Positions 19,144-29,583 of a DNA stretch of 64,000 bases are shown in pieces. Source of the DNA: a virus (Duplodnaviria; Caudoviricetes). The stretch is taken from the IMG/VR virus record IMGVR_UViG_3300029286_001711, one strand, 5' to 3'. Position 1 is the first letter of the stretch, and each line of letters starts with the position of its first letter. The translations under genes and the position numbers were made by a program. The notes beneath the pieces are model-generated. The model was given only the letters and a program-made list of their open reading frames with translations. It searched no databases and was not told where the DNA came from.

Positions 19144-20421
19144 ATGAGAAATATATTGAATCGTATGCAAGAATTGGTCGATAGGTTACAAACCAATTCA
19201 TCTTCTAACATTAAAAAAGAATTTCTTCAAGAGTATCTTCATGACAGTGACCTTAAAAAACTCATGATGTATGTTCACAATCCGTTTTATCAATTCCATG
19301 TAACTTCTGATAATTGTAAGAAGTTCGAAAACATGCATATTCAAAATGTTGACTGGAATGTTTTTGATTTATTAGACGCACTACGTACACGTAGAATAAC
19401 AGGTCATGAGGCCATAGGTAATATCAATACCTTTATAATGGCAAACCCAGAACATAAACAACTTATTTACAACATTATCGATAAAGACCTAAAATGTCGT
19501 GTAGGAGAGAGTTTAATTAATAAGGCAGTACCCAATACCATTCCGACATTTGACGTTGCCTTGGCAGAGAAATTTGAACCTGAGATGGTAAACTTCGAGA
19601 CTGAAGAGTGGTATGTTTCTCGTAAACTCGATGGAGTTCGTTGTATCGTTGTTATTGATGAAAACGGTAAAGTAACTTCGTTTTCACGTCAAGGTAAGAT
19701 TTTTGAAACACTCGGTAAGATAGAGGAGTTTTTCTCATCGTATAAAGTTAGGGGTATTGTTTTTGACGGTGAAATTTGTATGGTTGATGAAAAAGGTGAC
19801 GAAGATTTTCAATCCATCATGAAAGAAATCCGTAGAAAGGATCATACCATTCAAAATGTTAAGTATAAAATATTTGACTGTTTAAGTTTAACTGAATTTT
19901 ATAATCAAAGAAGTATTCGTAAACTATCTGAACGTTTAGATACTATTAGTCATTTTGATAGTATTGTTGAATACCTACCACAAGAACGAATTCGTGACAT
20001 CAAACATTTTCAAGAATGGATTGACATGGCCAATGAGGGTGGTTGGGAAGGTGTTATGTTACGTAAGAATGTTGGTTACAAGGGTAAACGTAGTAAAGAC
20101 CTTTTAAAAGCTAAGAAATTTCATGACGCTGAATATGTTGTAGAAGGAATAACCTTCGGACCGATTCGTAGATTAGTAGAAGGTCAAGAAGTTACTGAAA
20201 CTATGACCTCACAGATTATGATTAAACATAAAGGGTTTGAGGTTGGTGTTGGTAGTGGGTTTAGTATGGAACAACGAATGGAATTTCACCAAGACCCAAG
20301 TAAGATTGTTGGTAAAACAATTACCGTACAATACTTTGAAGAAACTCACAATCAAGAAGGTGGCATTAGTCTTAGGTTCCCAGTTTTAAAACATATCTAC
20401 GAAAATGGTAGAAATGTCTAA
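19144..20421 (+). CDS. lig: ATP-dependent DNA ligase
   Basis: KLDGVR (motif I), FDGEI, IFDCL, EGVMLR, LLKAK, VGSGF, SLRFPV. Confidence 0.93.
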   Translation: MRNILNRMQELVDRLQTNSSSNIKKEFLQEYLHDSDLKKLMMYVHNPFYQFHVTSDNCKKFENMHIQNVDWNVFDLLDALRTRRITGHEAIGNINTFIMANPEHKQLIYNIIDKDLKCRVGESLINKAVPNTIPTFDVALAEKFEPEMVNFETEEWYVSRKLDGVRCIVVIDENGKVTSFSRQGKIFETLGKIEEFFSSYKVRGIVFDGEICMVDEKGDEDFQSIMKEIRRKDHTIQNVKYKIFDCLSLTEFYNQRSIRKLSERLDTISHFDSIVEYLPQERIRDIKHFQEWIDMANEGGWEGVMLRKNVGYKGKRSKDLLKAKKFHDAEYVVEGITFGPIRRLVEGQEVTETMTSQIMIKHKGFEVGVGSGFSMEQRMEFHQDPSKIVGKTITVQYFEETHNQEGGISLRFPVLKHIYENGRNV

Positions 20422-20442
20422 AAAATTGATTATATTTGTAAT

Positions 20443-20910
20443 ATGAAAATTATTTTTATAGATATTGATGGTGTATTGGCTACCGCTCCCTGCTGGAATA
20501 TGAGTAGAGACAATAAATGGGATGCCTATCCTTTCGATAAGAAAGCTGTAAAAGTTTTAAATGAAATCTTAAGTGAAACTGGTGCTGAAATGGTATTATC
20601 TTCCGATTGGAAATATTACTATACCATGGACCAAATAAAAGAAATCTTCACAGAGTTGAATAGTGTTATTAAAGCACCATTCGATCAGACACCTATGTTT
20701 CCGACTAACGCTATGAATTTAGGTGGTGGTAGAGTTAATGAGGTTAAGGCCTGGTTAGAGGATAACGTAGAAAAATTGGGTGTAACACATTGGGTTGCTA
20801 TTGATGATTTAGATATGTTTGAGTTAGAAAACTTTGCTCATTGCCCAAGACAAATGGAAGGTATTAAACAAAGTGGCCTTAAAGATAAAATACTTAAATT
20901 TTTAAGTTAA
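20443..20910 (+). CDS. HAD-domain protein (Swiss-army-knife RNA-repair-type HAD)
   Basis: FIDIDGVL, VLSSDW, WVAIDD; TATATTTG at 20431-38. Confidence 0.8.
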   Translation: MKIIFIDIDGVLATAPCWNMSRDNKWDAYPFDKKAVKVLNEILSETGAEMVLSSDWKYYYTMDQIKEIFTELNSVIKAPFDQTPMFPTNAMNLGGGRVNEVKAWLEDNVEKLGVTHWVAIDDLDMFELENFAHCPRQMEGIKQSGLKDKILKFLS

Positions 20911-21137
20911 TGTTAGAGATTTGGTCGGACTATTATAAAGTACTTGATGTGATTAATAGTTGTAAAACTATTGAACAATTAAAGGGTGCTTCAAGGATGT
21001 TAGGGTTTTGGTTGGATAAGCATATGGATAGACAAGTCTACTCCAAAACTTTTGAAAATCATATTGAAAGAAGATTTAAAGAATTAAATGGAAAAGAAGT
21101 TGATAAAATATCGTGTAGAGAAATTACAGTTTATTAA
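20910..21137 (+). CDS. hypothetical protein
   Basis: 75 aa, TAATG-coupled; VLDVINSCKTIEQL motif. Confidence 0.6.
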   Translation: MLEIWSDYYKVLDVINSCKTIEQLKGASRMLGFWLDKHMDRQVYSKTFENHIERRFKELNGKEVDKISCREITVY

Positions 21138-21423
21138 AAAGCCTGTAATCCCTAATTTTGATTTTGCGACATTATATGGTGAAGTTGGGATTGATATGTC
21201 TCCAAGGTGGAGTAATCCGAATAATAACCCGTGTGTTGAAATGGTACAAAATTTATATGGTGGTGGTTATGAATCGGGAGAATATGGTTCTTATAGGGGT
21301 AGAAGTTTTGTGGATCCAGTTACAGGTGTTATTAATTATAACCTCATTTCTGATGATTGGGATTGGGATCAAAATTTAAATTATACATTTGAATCTGACA
21401 CTTGGGAGGACACTTATGAATAA
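21088..21423 (+). CDS. hypothetical protein
   Basis: 111 aa ORF in operon. Confidence 0.55.
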   Translation: MEKKLIKYRVEKLQFIKKPVIPNFDFATLYGEVGIDMSPRWSNPNNNPCVEMVQNLYGGGYESGEYGSYRGRSFVDPVTGVINYNLISDDWDWDQNLNYTFESDTWEDTYE

Positions 21424-21889
21424 AATTAATCGTTGGTTTTATTATAGAGTTGCAAGACTTTCTGTTAGAGCCAAATGGTCAAAAGTTAATTTATCTGAAC
21501 TTAGTAGGGTTCAAGATAGAACGATGAAGATAACTTTAACTCTAATGCGTGATGGTGACACTGAAATGTTAATTAACCCTAGAGTCGATGAAAAGGTTGG
21601 TGAAAAATATTACATTAAAAAATTTAATGAAAATAACGAACCATCAGTTTTTGTTACAATTTCTAAAAACTCAAACGGATATATCTTCAACATAATTGGT
21701 AATGAAGATATTAACGGTAAAGAAGTTAGATATCATTATGATATTTGGTTCAATGAGGGTTATGGTAGTTATGTATTAGAAAGGTTTAAACGTATATTAA
21801 CACGTAGAAGAAATAAGATGGAAAAAGAAATCCGTCAGGGAGATGAAGAGGCACTAGATTTAATATTAAAAAAATTAGAAAATAAATAA
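21416..21889 (+). CDS. hypothetical protein
   Basis: Track ORF 21389..21889, likely ATG at 21416. Confidence 0.6.
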   Translation: MNKINRWFYYRVARLSVRAKWSKVNLSELSRVQDRTMKITLTLMRDGDTEMLINPRVDEKVGEKYYIKKFNENNEPSVFVTISKNSNGYIFNIIGNEDINGKEVRYHYDIWFNEGYGSYVLERFKRILTRRRNKMEKEIRQGDEEALDLILKKLENK

Positions 21890-22101
21890 TGAAAAAGAAG
21901 TTGTATTTTAACGGTACGTACCTAATAAAAGGTCGTAAACTTTTTGGTAAGATTAGAGGTAAAGTTATTTCTAGCCATTACCGTAATATCTACAGAATTG
22001 GTGACAGTATATCTGTCCCTGCTGGTGATAGTTTCAAAGAAATTAGTGAAGAACAATTTGAGGTATTAAAAAAATTTGATTTTATAAAAGATGGAAAATA
22101 A
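21889..22101 (+). CDS. hypothetical protein
   Basis: 70 aa, TAATG-coupled. Confidence 0.55.
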   Translation: MKKKLYFNGTYLIKGRKLFGKIRGKVISSHYRNIYRIGDSISVPAGDSFKEISEEQFEVLKKFDFIKDGK

Positions 22102-22420
22102 AGAATATATTTTATGTGCGGCCAACTACTACAATGATGGTAAGAAACACACATTTAGTCCTAGAAATATTGAAACAGGTTTTGTGGTTTGCGGTCGTAG
22201 ACATCATAACTGTATTCAAACCTTTGCACAGATAGTAGGATTTCCTTATGATGAAAAAGGTTTGGAGTTAATGAGAACTGAAGAACAAGGGTTTTTAACT
22301 AACCTGGATAGATATGTTGATAGATTAGAGGCTCTTGAAATAGCGAGAAATGCTAACCAATTATTAGATGGTGAAGGTGTAAACGAAAAAATTGGTTTGT
22401 TTAGTGAAAATTTATACTAA
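22091..22420 (+). CDS. conserved phage hypothetical protein
   Basis: CGRRHHNC and EQGFLT..RYVDR.EA...LFSENLY, a pattern I recognise from phage proteins. Confidence 0.65.
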   Translation: MENKEYILCAANYYNDGKKHTFSPRNIETGFVVCGRRHHNCIQTFAQIVGFPYDEKGLELMRTEEQGFLTNLDRYVDRLEALEIARNANQLLDGEGVNEKIGLFSENLY

Positions 22421-22731
22421 TGGATATTATTAAGAAAAAACATATTAGAACTTTAAAAGAAGTACAAATTAAGAAAATAGATTGGGTTGAACCTCCTTTA
22501 AATATGGAAGATCACATAGAACAACTCAGACTTGAGCGTCATAGACGTAGACATGAATTTATGGATTACGAAAGACGAGTGTTAGATGATTTTAGTACAA
22601 GATTTGATAATCTACAAAGAGACCACGAAAGGAGACTTAGAAAGGTAGATAGAATTTTTAAGTTTATAAAATGGGGTATGGTAGCGTTTGTCATTGCCCA
22701 AATTGTTGTTACAATCATAAAAATTAAATAA
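22420..22731 (+). CDS. coiled-coil protein with C-terminal TM helix
   Basis: Charged coil followed by WGMVAFVIAQIVVTII. Confidence 0.6.
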   Translation: MDIIKKKHIRTLKEVQIKKIDWVEPPLNMEDHIEQLRLERHRRRHEFMDYERRVLDDFSTRFDNLQRDHERRLRKVDRIFKFIKWGMVAFVIAQIVVTIIKIK

Positions 22732-22742
22732 AAGGATTTAAT

Positions 22743-22773
22743 TTTGCCCATCAAATATTTATCTATATATTTG
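22743..22773 (+). promoter_or_regulatory. Bacteroidota primary-sigma-type promoter
   Basis: TTTG (22743-46), 19 nt spacer, TATATTTG (22766-73). Confidence 0.7.
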
Positions 22774-22792
22774 TACTATAAATAAGAAAGAT

Positions 22793-23083
22793 ATGAATCA
22801 AGATTTCAACCCCTATAACGACATCGTTAAAAGTTTAAAGAAGACCTTAATCTTAAAGAAAGTCTCTACTTTTTTCAAATTTTTAGTTTTAATTGGATTA
22901 CCATATGTGATTGTATCAAGTATGTTTGTAAGTCCTGAACAAAACACAATTCAAATCGTGGCATTTGTAACCACTTTTATTACCTGGGTATTTACCCTTA
23001 GAGCTTACAACCATTCAAATATGATTTCTAAAGTTTGGATTTGGTTAGAAGATACTAAGGCCAAAAAAGGTACCATCATCTAA
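22793..23083 (+). CDS. two-TM membrane protein
   Basis: Two hydrophobic helices. Confidence 0.6.
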   Translation: MNQDFNPYNDIVKSLKKTLILKKVSTFFKFLVLIGLPYVIVSSMFVSPEQNTIQIVAFVTTFITWVFTLRAYNHSNMISKVWIWLEDTKAKKGTII

Positions 23084-23382
23084 TGGAACTCAAAGAATTT
23101 TTAGACAAGGTTGTCGGCAGTGGCTCCCTTCATCAAAACGACGATGGGTTGTGGAAAATTCAACCCTATGAAATTGTTATTGAAGATAATAATAGGGGAC
23201 ACATTAGTGGTTTCCTCTCATTTAAAGGTGAAAGATTTCAAGATTTTAGTGCGTCAGGTCAGGATATTAAAACCGTTGAAGGTTTTGTAGAATCTTTAAA
23301 TCATGGATATACTCAAGCAATTAAAGATGTTATTATAAATGGTAACATTGGAAATACTATTAAACCTTTTAAATTCGTTTAA
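23083..23382 (+). CDS. small protein with C-terminal KPFKFV tag
   Basis: 99 aa, ends GNTIKPFKFV. Confidence 0.6.
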   Translation: MELKEFLDKVVGSGSLHQNDDGLWKIQPYEIVIEDNNRGHISGFLSFKGERFQDFSASGQDIKTVEGFVESLNHGYTQAIKDVIINGNIGNTIKPFKFV

Positions 23383-25274
23383 ACCCTCTTAAGTCTTCCT
23401 TGAGTCCAGGCCTCATAACTTGGTCCAATGAAGTATACAAACTTTCTACCACGTCTTTCTGACCTTACAAGACCCGCATCTTTGATAGAACTAAAGAATG
23501 TACTATTATGTGCTGGTCGACGTGATCCACCCAGTACTTCTTGATAGAATTCTTCAGGTGTTTTACCTGTTGGGTTAGCAATTAAATAATCTAAAAATCT
23601 TTTTGTTAAACTAGTTTCAGAGGCCGGATATTCAAACTTATAGGATGAATGTGAACTTACTGGTCTCCAAAGAATAGAACCATCTTTTGTTGGTACATGA
23701 TTCTTAAATAACACATCAAAAGCGGTCTTTTCAAAAGTCTCCGTAAATCTGTCTAAAAGAAATTCCATTAACACCGATGTATCATCACCATCAGTTATGT
23801 TAGTTATACGTGAAATCATTGCTTTAGCATCCCAATTTATAACTTCAAATAATCTATTAATACCGACACGTGATTCGGTATTAATTAAATTTGAAAATTT
23901 AGTAAAGAACCTATTTATTGGGTATCTTGAGTAAAGGTAAATTATACTCATTTCTTTTAAATCTGAAACTGGATCCGCATCTTCTACTACCCCAGTTCCA
24001 CCACCCTCTTTAGTTTTATATAAACGACAACTAAAAAATGTATTCTCATCGGGGAATATTTTACCTTCAATAAAATAACCATGATCTTCGATGGGTTCTT
24101 CTTCCACGACACCACCCTGATATGAGGTATCTGGATAGATTTGGAATCTACCTTCTTGATATGTCATATATGACCATCTACCATAAACATTTCTAAATTG
24201 TGTATTATAAATACTTGTATCACCTAGGATTTCATCAAATAAATCATAAAAACCATATTCTTCAATAATATATGGAACAAAAACTTTTTGTAACTCTCTA
24301 AATCTTTCTTCTGATGTTTTTTGATTATTCTTTTCACCCAATATTTTTTCTATAGCCTCAGATTTCCTTTTGTTGTTAAGTTTATCTAACACCATTTTAT
24401 AGTAATTGTCTATGGCCTCACCTAACTCCTTTGGGAGAAGTGGCATGATATAATTTAAATTAACTTGACTATCTTGTTCATCATAACCCGTACCAGGACC
24501 ACCTGCTGGAAGAAGTGGTGTGTAATAGTATCTAAACGTTGGCATTTCAGTACCAGTTCCTACGGTATTCTCACCTACTTCCCTACCAGGATTAAATGTT
24601 TTGTGAATAGCTAATTTATAAAGTGTACCTTCTTTTCTTGTTTTATCTAAAATATAAAAAAGAACACCATTTCCACCGTTAATAGATGTATATTGTTTGA
24701 AATAACTTGGTTGACCTTTTGCTGTTGTACACCATTTGGTACCAGCTCCATAATGACAAGATGCTTCATGAGTTTTAGGTACCATAACAACCCATCTACT
24801 GTCTTGATAGATTTTGTCAGCAGATCCTTTTAACTCTTTTTCTTTAGTAATTTCTATATGTTTATTTGTGGCTTGATTAATAGCACTCCTTAAAACCGTA
24901 ATATCTTTATATTCAGGACTGTAAATGTCTTTATTTTGAATAAGGTTTCTTTCTGAAAATTTATGGAAAGAATCTACTAAGTTTAAAATAAAAGTAGTTG
25001 GGCTGTCAATACTCGATATATCGTCATATCCACCGTTTAAGTCATCAGTCCAAGATGAAACTATTTGACTTAAAATATAATCAAGATATTTTCCAGTACC
25101 AGATGGGTCTTTTTCTTGTACTGTTTTAATAACATGTGACCAATCATCTTCATTTTTTAATGGACCCCTATCTTCGTGACCTGGTACAACATAGTTAGAC
25201 CATTTATCTATAATAGATTTAGTACGTCCTTCGTTTAATAAGGATTCGAATAATATTTTTAAGGAAACTTCCAT
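23379..25274 (-). CDS. DPSG-KYL / SCxYGxxTxWC family protein, paralogue 2
   Basis: LLNEGR leader, DPSGTGKYLDY, SCHYGAGTKWCTT; unique C-terminus with possible winged-helix tail. Confidence 0.8.
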   Translation of the reverse strand: MEVSLKILFESLLNEGRTKSIIDKWSNYVVPGHEDRGPLKNEDDWSHVIKTVQEKDPSGTGKYLDYILSQIVSSWTDDLNGGYDDISSIDSPTTFILNLVDSFHKFSERNLIQNKDIYSPEYKDITVLRSAINQATNKHIEITKEKELKGSADKIYQDSRWVVMVPKTHEASCHYGAGTKWCTTAKGQPSYFKQYTSINGGNGVLFYILDKTRKEGTLYKLAIHKTFNPGREVGENTVGTGTEMPTFRYYYTPLLPAGGPGTGYDEQDSQVNLNYIMPLLPKELGEAIDNYYKMVLDKLNNKRKSEAIEKILGEKNNQKTSEERFRELQKVFVPYIIEEYGFYDLFDEILGDTSIYNTQFRNVYGRWSYMTYQEGRFQIYPDTSYQGGVVEEEPIEDHGYFIEGKIFPDENTFFSCRLYKTKEGGGTGVVEDADPVSDLKEMSIIYLYSRYPINRFFTKFSNLINTESRVGINRLFEVINWDAKAMISRITNITDGDDTSVLMEFLLDRFTETFEKTAFDVLFKNHVPTKDGSILWRPVSSHSSYKFEYPASETSLTKRFLDYLIANPTGKTPEEFYQEVLGGSRRPAHNSTFFSSIKDAGLVRSERRGRKFVYFIGPSYEAWTQGRLKRV

Positions 25275-26143
25275 TAATCTTTTTCGATTACAAGCTTTTT
25301 CTTACCACCTTCAGATGTATCATAAACAACAAAATGAACTTCAGGGTGTAACTTCTTTAATTGATGTTCAATAAAACTTTCAACAGCTTTAACGTTTTTA
25401 ATATCATCATCAGAAAACCCAAGGGAAATCTTTCTATATTTACCACCCACCATATGTGATTTTACACCATCAATTAATTTTTTAACAAAATGTTCGATAG
25501 CAACTTGTTTAGCGTGTTCAGGGTTCGAAGAACCCCCTTTAACATCGAGACCAAATCTCTCACCAAATTCTGGTGAAGAAACTGGGTAGTACTCACCCCT
25601 CTCATCTAAATAGAGTTCAATTAGTTGTTCACCATTAAGACCTTTAGTTAAATTAGCCGGTAATTCTTTTTGAAGATTTTTAATCATCATCTTTTTCTCT
25701 TCAGGAGTTAAAACCATTTTAATAAAAAGTTTAACACCGTCTTTTAAAGCTTTAGGTTCATGACCTCTTGCTGTATTAATAGCGAAAGAGTTACCGTGTG
25801 TTAAAGCCTCAATAAATTTCTTGTAACTTGGTGCAAATTTTTCATGATGAATCGCTGTTTCAGTATCTCTTAAAAAAGCCTTATAATCTCTAAAATCAGA
25901 GAACGCCTCTTCTGGATTACCATTTCTCACTCTATATTCTGGATTACTTCTAACCTTAGCAAACTCTTCAGTAGAAACATCTACTGGAACCCACTTACCG
26001 TTTTGGTTTTTGTCCATCTTAATTTTTGTTGGCATTCTAAGAATATTATCATCCCAATCAAAAACATATGAACGAAGTTTAACTTCTAATAAATGTTTTT
26101 TAACTTTACTTAATTGTGTCTCTGTTAATATAATTTTTTTCAT
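25274..26143 (-). CDS. HAD-superfamily phosphatase-like protein with LTE leader
   Basis: FDWDDNI (DxD), INTARG, GFSDDD; leader MKKIILTETQL...HLLE. Confidence 0.7.
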   Translation of the reverse strand: MKKIILTETQLSKVKKHLLEVKLRSYVFDWDDNILRMPTKIKMDKNQNGKWVPVDVSTEEFAKVRSNPEYRVRNGNPEEAFSDFRDYKAFLRDTETAIHHEKFAPSYKKFIEALTHGNSFAINTARGHEPKALKDGVKLFIKMVLTPEEKKMMIKNLQKELPANLTKGLNGEQLIELYLDERGEYYPVSSPEFGERFGLDVKGGSSNPEHAKQVAIEHFVKKLIDGVKSHMVGGKYRKISLGFSDDDIKNVKAVESFIEHQLKKLHPEVHFVVYDTSEGGKKKLVIEKD

Positions 26144-27462
26144 TACGTTGTCTTTGGTTTTCTTCCTTTGGGTTGTACTATTTTTTGTAAATAAGCCCCA
26201 TTTATCAATACAACACCAGTTATCACCCTATTTTCACCAGTACCTATCCATCGATTATAACCTTGGGTTGATTTTCTACCAGGGACGTGTACTAAATAAG
26301 TTCCAGCATTAGTGACACCCACATCTTTCTGCCTACCTGGTGCACCACTGTAAGTTTCAACAACGAAACCTTCATCACCTCTATAATAACCATATCCACT
26401 AACCAAAAGTTTTACTTTATCACCTTTTTTTAATCTGACAGGGTTTGGGTTAACCTCATAAGGTATCTCACCCTTCTTTTTTCTAGCAACGGAAATTTCA
26501 ACTTTTCTTTGTATTGCTTTCAATAATCCTTGTAACTTTTCTGGTAACTGAGACTGTTCGATAAATTCATTCCAATCTATTTCATCATCATCAGCCTCCC
26601 AATATGTAGTTTTAGTTGACTCGTATTGTCTTTTAATATTTTGTATTGCTCTTTTTTGTTGTGCAGCACCACGAAACCTTTCTCTAGGTTTTAAACCATT
26701 ATCAGTTTCTGTGGGATTTACTCTTGTGTCGATTTCTTTATGCCAAGGCAACTCTATTTTAATATCTTCTGATGGTGTATCTAATTTAATATCAGTATTG
26801 ATTGCCCATTTTTGATTTACTTTTTTCTTAATTACGAAAATTAGATAATGATTATCTTTTGTATATCTTTGATAATATTGTGGGTCATTTCTCATGGTTA
26901 CACACCATCTAGTGTTAGAACCGTAGACGCAAGATGCTTGATGTGTTTTTGGTGAAATAAATAACCAGTCTTCATCCTCGTATATTTTCTCAACATCTTT
27001 AGCCAACCCCTTTTCAGAAGCTTTAATTATAATAGGACCTAATGCGTTTTTAAGTGAATCATACGTGTAAGAATTTATATCCTTATTTTGTAAACCTCTA
27101 CCATATTGATGGAAATCTTTTGTGATTCCTATTAAAGGTTCTATAAAAGTTTTAACCCAAAAACCACCGTTTCTATTAAACCTATCCACGTCAGACCAAA
27201 TTGGATTGTTAAAATCACTTAAACAACCTGGTTTTTCCCCTCCGAATTCTTGTTTAAAACCATCATAACCTTCAATATCTTCACCCTCCCATAACATCTT
27301 AGTCATCCACATTAGATATTTGTTATTTCCAGACGGATCCTTAGATGCCATATAATCAATAAGCATTGGTGGTATACATTTGTAACGTGCCTTAGCATCA
27401 TCAACCCTATTTTCAGTTAATAGTTGCTCAAGAATGATGTATTTTATATTTTGACTTTCCAT
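26143..27462 (-). CDS. DPSG-KYL / SCxYGxxTxWC family protein, paralogue 3
   Basis: Likely ATG 27462 after TATTTATA; LLTENR, DPSGNNKYLMWM, SCVYGSNTRWCVT; SH3-like C-terminus (LKKGDKVKL). Confidence 0.8.
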   Translation of the reverse strand: MESQNIKYIILEQLLTENRVDDAKARYKCIPPMLIDYMASKDPSGNNKYLMWMTKMLWEGEDIEGYDGFKQEFGGEKPGCLSDFNNPIWSDVDRFNRNGGFWVKTFIEPLIGITKDFHQYGRGLQNKDINSYTYDSLKNALGPIIIKASEKGLAKDVEKIYEDEDWLFISPKTHQASCVYGSNTRWCVTMRNDPQYYQRYTKDNHYLIFVIKKKVNQKWAINTDIKLDTPSEDIKIELPWHKEIDTRVNPTETDNGLKPRERFRGAAQQKRAIQNIKRQYESTKTTYWEADDDEIDWNEFIEQSQLPEKLQGLLKAIQRKVEISVARKKKGEIPYEVNPNPVRLKKGDKVKLLVSGYGYYRGDEGFVVETYSGAPGRQKDVGVTNAGTYLVHVPGRKSTQGYNRWIGTGENRVITGVVLINGAYLQKIVQPKGRKPKTT

Positions 27463-27485
27463 TGTATATAAATATATCGAAATCT

Positions 27486-27827
27486 TCAATCTTCATCATT
27501 ATATGATGAAGGTGTTGGTGGTGTTGGTGTGGTTTTACTTAATTCATCTGTGAGATATAAATCGGTGATTTCACGAAGGCTGTTTTCATCTAATTTAGAA
27601 ATTTTAGCCTTATTTAATAATCCACTAATTATCATATAAACAATTGTATAGTTTTCATATACCTTTGTGATATCATAAAAGCTTAAGTGGGTTCTTAATT
27701 TAATTTTCTCAAAGTCTTCACGAATAAGACTATGCATAGTACGAGTGAAGCGTACTAAATCTTTATCCTTCAATAGGATATTAAATCTAACAACATCGTA
27801 TAATGATTTTATGGAATAATTACTCAT
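27486..27827 (-). CDS. hypothetical protein
   Basis: 113 aa, TATTTAT upstream. Confidence 0.55.
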   Translation of the reverse strand: MSNYSIKSLYDVVRFNILLKDKDLVRFTRTMHSLIREDFEKIKLRTHLSFYDITKVYENYTIVYMIISGLLNKAKISKLDENSLREITDLYLTDELSKTTPTPPTPSSYNDED

Positions 27828-27883
27828 ATCAATAATAAATATATAATATTGATATAGTAAATAATAATACCTAAGATTAATAT

Positions 27884-28282
27884 ATGATTAATGTGGGTGA
27901 TATTGTTAAAGTAAAAGAAAGTCAACATAAAATAGCTAAAGGTCAAAAAGTTAAATTAAGAGCTAGAGTTGTTTTTATAACTGAAACTGGACTTGAGATT
28001 GCTAATGGCTGTATCATAAGTGTTCATAATGGTAGTGAGTTTAAGTATGTTGATTTGAAGAGAATTAAAATTATTGAATCAGACGGTGAACTTAATCCAG
28101 AAGATAAGATTACTTTTATAGCTGAATTTAATTTAGAACCCCAAGATATGTCCGACGATTCCATTATTTTAAAAAGTCTCTATACTAAATGGAACGTTCA
28201 TTTGTCAGATTGGTATACTAAGTTTCGTAAAGAAAATTTAGAAAAATATGGGTATGATACACACAAAATGATTTACAAATGA
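27884..28282 (+). CDS. hypothetical, KOW/SH3-like N-terminus
   Basis: MINVGDIVKVK. Confidence 0.6.
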   Translation: MINVGDIVKVKESQHKIAKGQKVKLRARVVFITETGLEIANGCIISVHNGSEFKYVDLKRIKIIESDGELNPEDKITFIAEFNLEPQDMSDDSIILKSLYTKWNVHLSDWYTKFRKENLEKYGYDTHKMIYK

Positions 28283-28626
28283 GATATAAAGAAGGGGAGG
28301 AAGTTTCATTTAAAGTTTTATCACCAATTGATGAATCCGTCAATGGGAAAGTGGTGGTAGCAATTCCAGATGGAATACTTAAATGGGAAGAATATGGTGA
28401 ACCGTATTATTTAGTTGAATACCGTGAAGGTTGGGATTACCATTTAATGGTAATGGATGAATTAATAGGTTTAATAGGGGAAGATAATATATCTAAACTA
28501 GAAGATGAAAAAAAATATTGGTTTGTTCGTGAAAAAAACATTGTTGGTAAGTGGGATGGAAAACGGACAATACCAGAGTTAATGAATTTTAGGTTATTAA
28601 AATATAACTTTAAGAAAAATTCTTAA
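28279..28626 (+). CDS. hypothetical, SH3-like
   Basis: MRYKEGEEVSFK; ends PELMNFRLLKYNFKKNS. Confidence 0.6.
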   Translation: MRYKEGEEVSFKVLSPIDESVNGKVVVAIPDGILKWEEYGEPYYLVEYREGWDYHLMVMDELIGLIGEDNISKLEDEKKYWFVREKNIVGKWDGKRTIPELMNFRLLKYNFKKNS

Positions 28627-29573
28627 TCGTCTAACTTGTTCCAAACATCACCAGTATAGAGTTTCCAGACACCCCTTTCTAGGTGATTTAATACTGATTG
28701 TAAATTGTAAGTGGTACTTTGGTTTTTACCGTTATGAATCCACGATACACCAATAATCGGTCTTCCTTTAAAATCTTCTTTTATTGAATCTATTGTGTAA
28801 ACAATAAAACTACCCACAGAATCTTCATCAGCAAGTGTAAATTCTAGTCCTAATAAACTTTTTGGATCTTCCATTTTATTTTCATTAATATTTTTTCGGC
28901 CTATAAAATCTGACCATATAATATGTATTGGTTTACCTAGCTTATTACTTACTGATACACCTAAAGAATCATGATAAGGCCAACTAGCTGAACGTGTTAG
29001 TGTTTGATCTTCAATATTTTCAGGCCAGATAGATTGTATAGACCTTATCCCTTTAGTTTTTTCAATCTTCGTACCTTGTTCACCCCATCTAAATCCTTGT
29101 TTGAATAACCATTTTTGTATTTCAATGAAGTCTTCATCGGTATCAAAATCAATATGCCAAGGCTTACCTTTTAAACCGTCATACCCATTAATAACATCTT
29201 TTGCCCATTCAAAATCATCTTCAGATTCGTATAGTTTATCAAAAGCTTGATTAACATCTGGGATGACACTATAACCATCAAGCATTCTATATCCGTTACC
29301 TTCAAACCATTCAAGCCTATCATTTAAGTTATCATTATCTGTACCCTCACGATAATCGTATAGTGTGAACTGGGTTATATAGTTATCGTATATTCTAATA
29401 TATCCAATACTATCTTCAGTATTAACCATGATGTCTCTTATGTAATCATAACTTTTATAGTTTTTACGTTCATTACTATCAAACAATAAATCAATAATTT
29501 TAATACCCTCATTACCAGATAGTGGTGGGTTGAAAGTTAATATTGTATCTCTATCGAAAAAGGCAGATATCAT
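28623..29573 (-). CDS. linker-joined multidomain protein A (3 modules)
   Basis: ATG 29573 after TATTTAT; AFDKLYESEDDFEWAKD and NINEN junctions; ends WNKLDD. Confidence 0.8.
   Translation of the reverse strand: MISAFFDRDTILTFNPPLSGNEGIKIIDLLFDSNERKNYKSYDYIRDIMVNTEDSIGYIRIYDNYITQFTLYDYREGTDNDNLNDRLEWFEGNGYRMLDGYSVIPDVNQAFDKLYESEDDFEWAKDVINGYDGLKGKPWHIDFDTDEDFIEIQKWLFKQGFRWGEQGTKIEKTKGIRSIQSIWPENIEDQTLTRSASWPYHDSLGVSVSNKLGKPIHIIWSDFIGRKNINENKMEDPKSLLGLEFTLADEDSVGSFIVYTIDSIKEDFKGRPIIGVSWIHNGKNQSTTYNLQSVLNHLERGVWKLYTGDVWNKLDD
29198..29246 (-). repeat. ESED-EW linker copy
   Basis: Encodes AFDKLYESEDDFEWAK; 29203-29228 is identical to 43016-43041. Confidence 0.9.
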
Positions 29574-29583
29574 TAACAATAAA

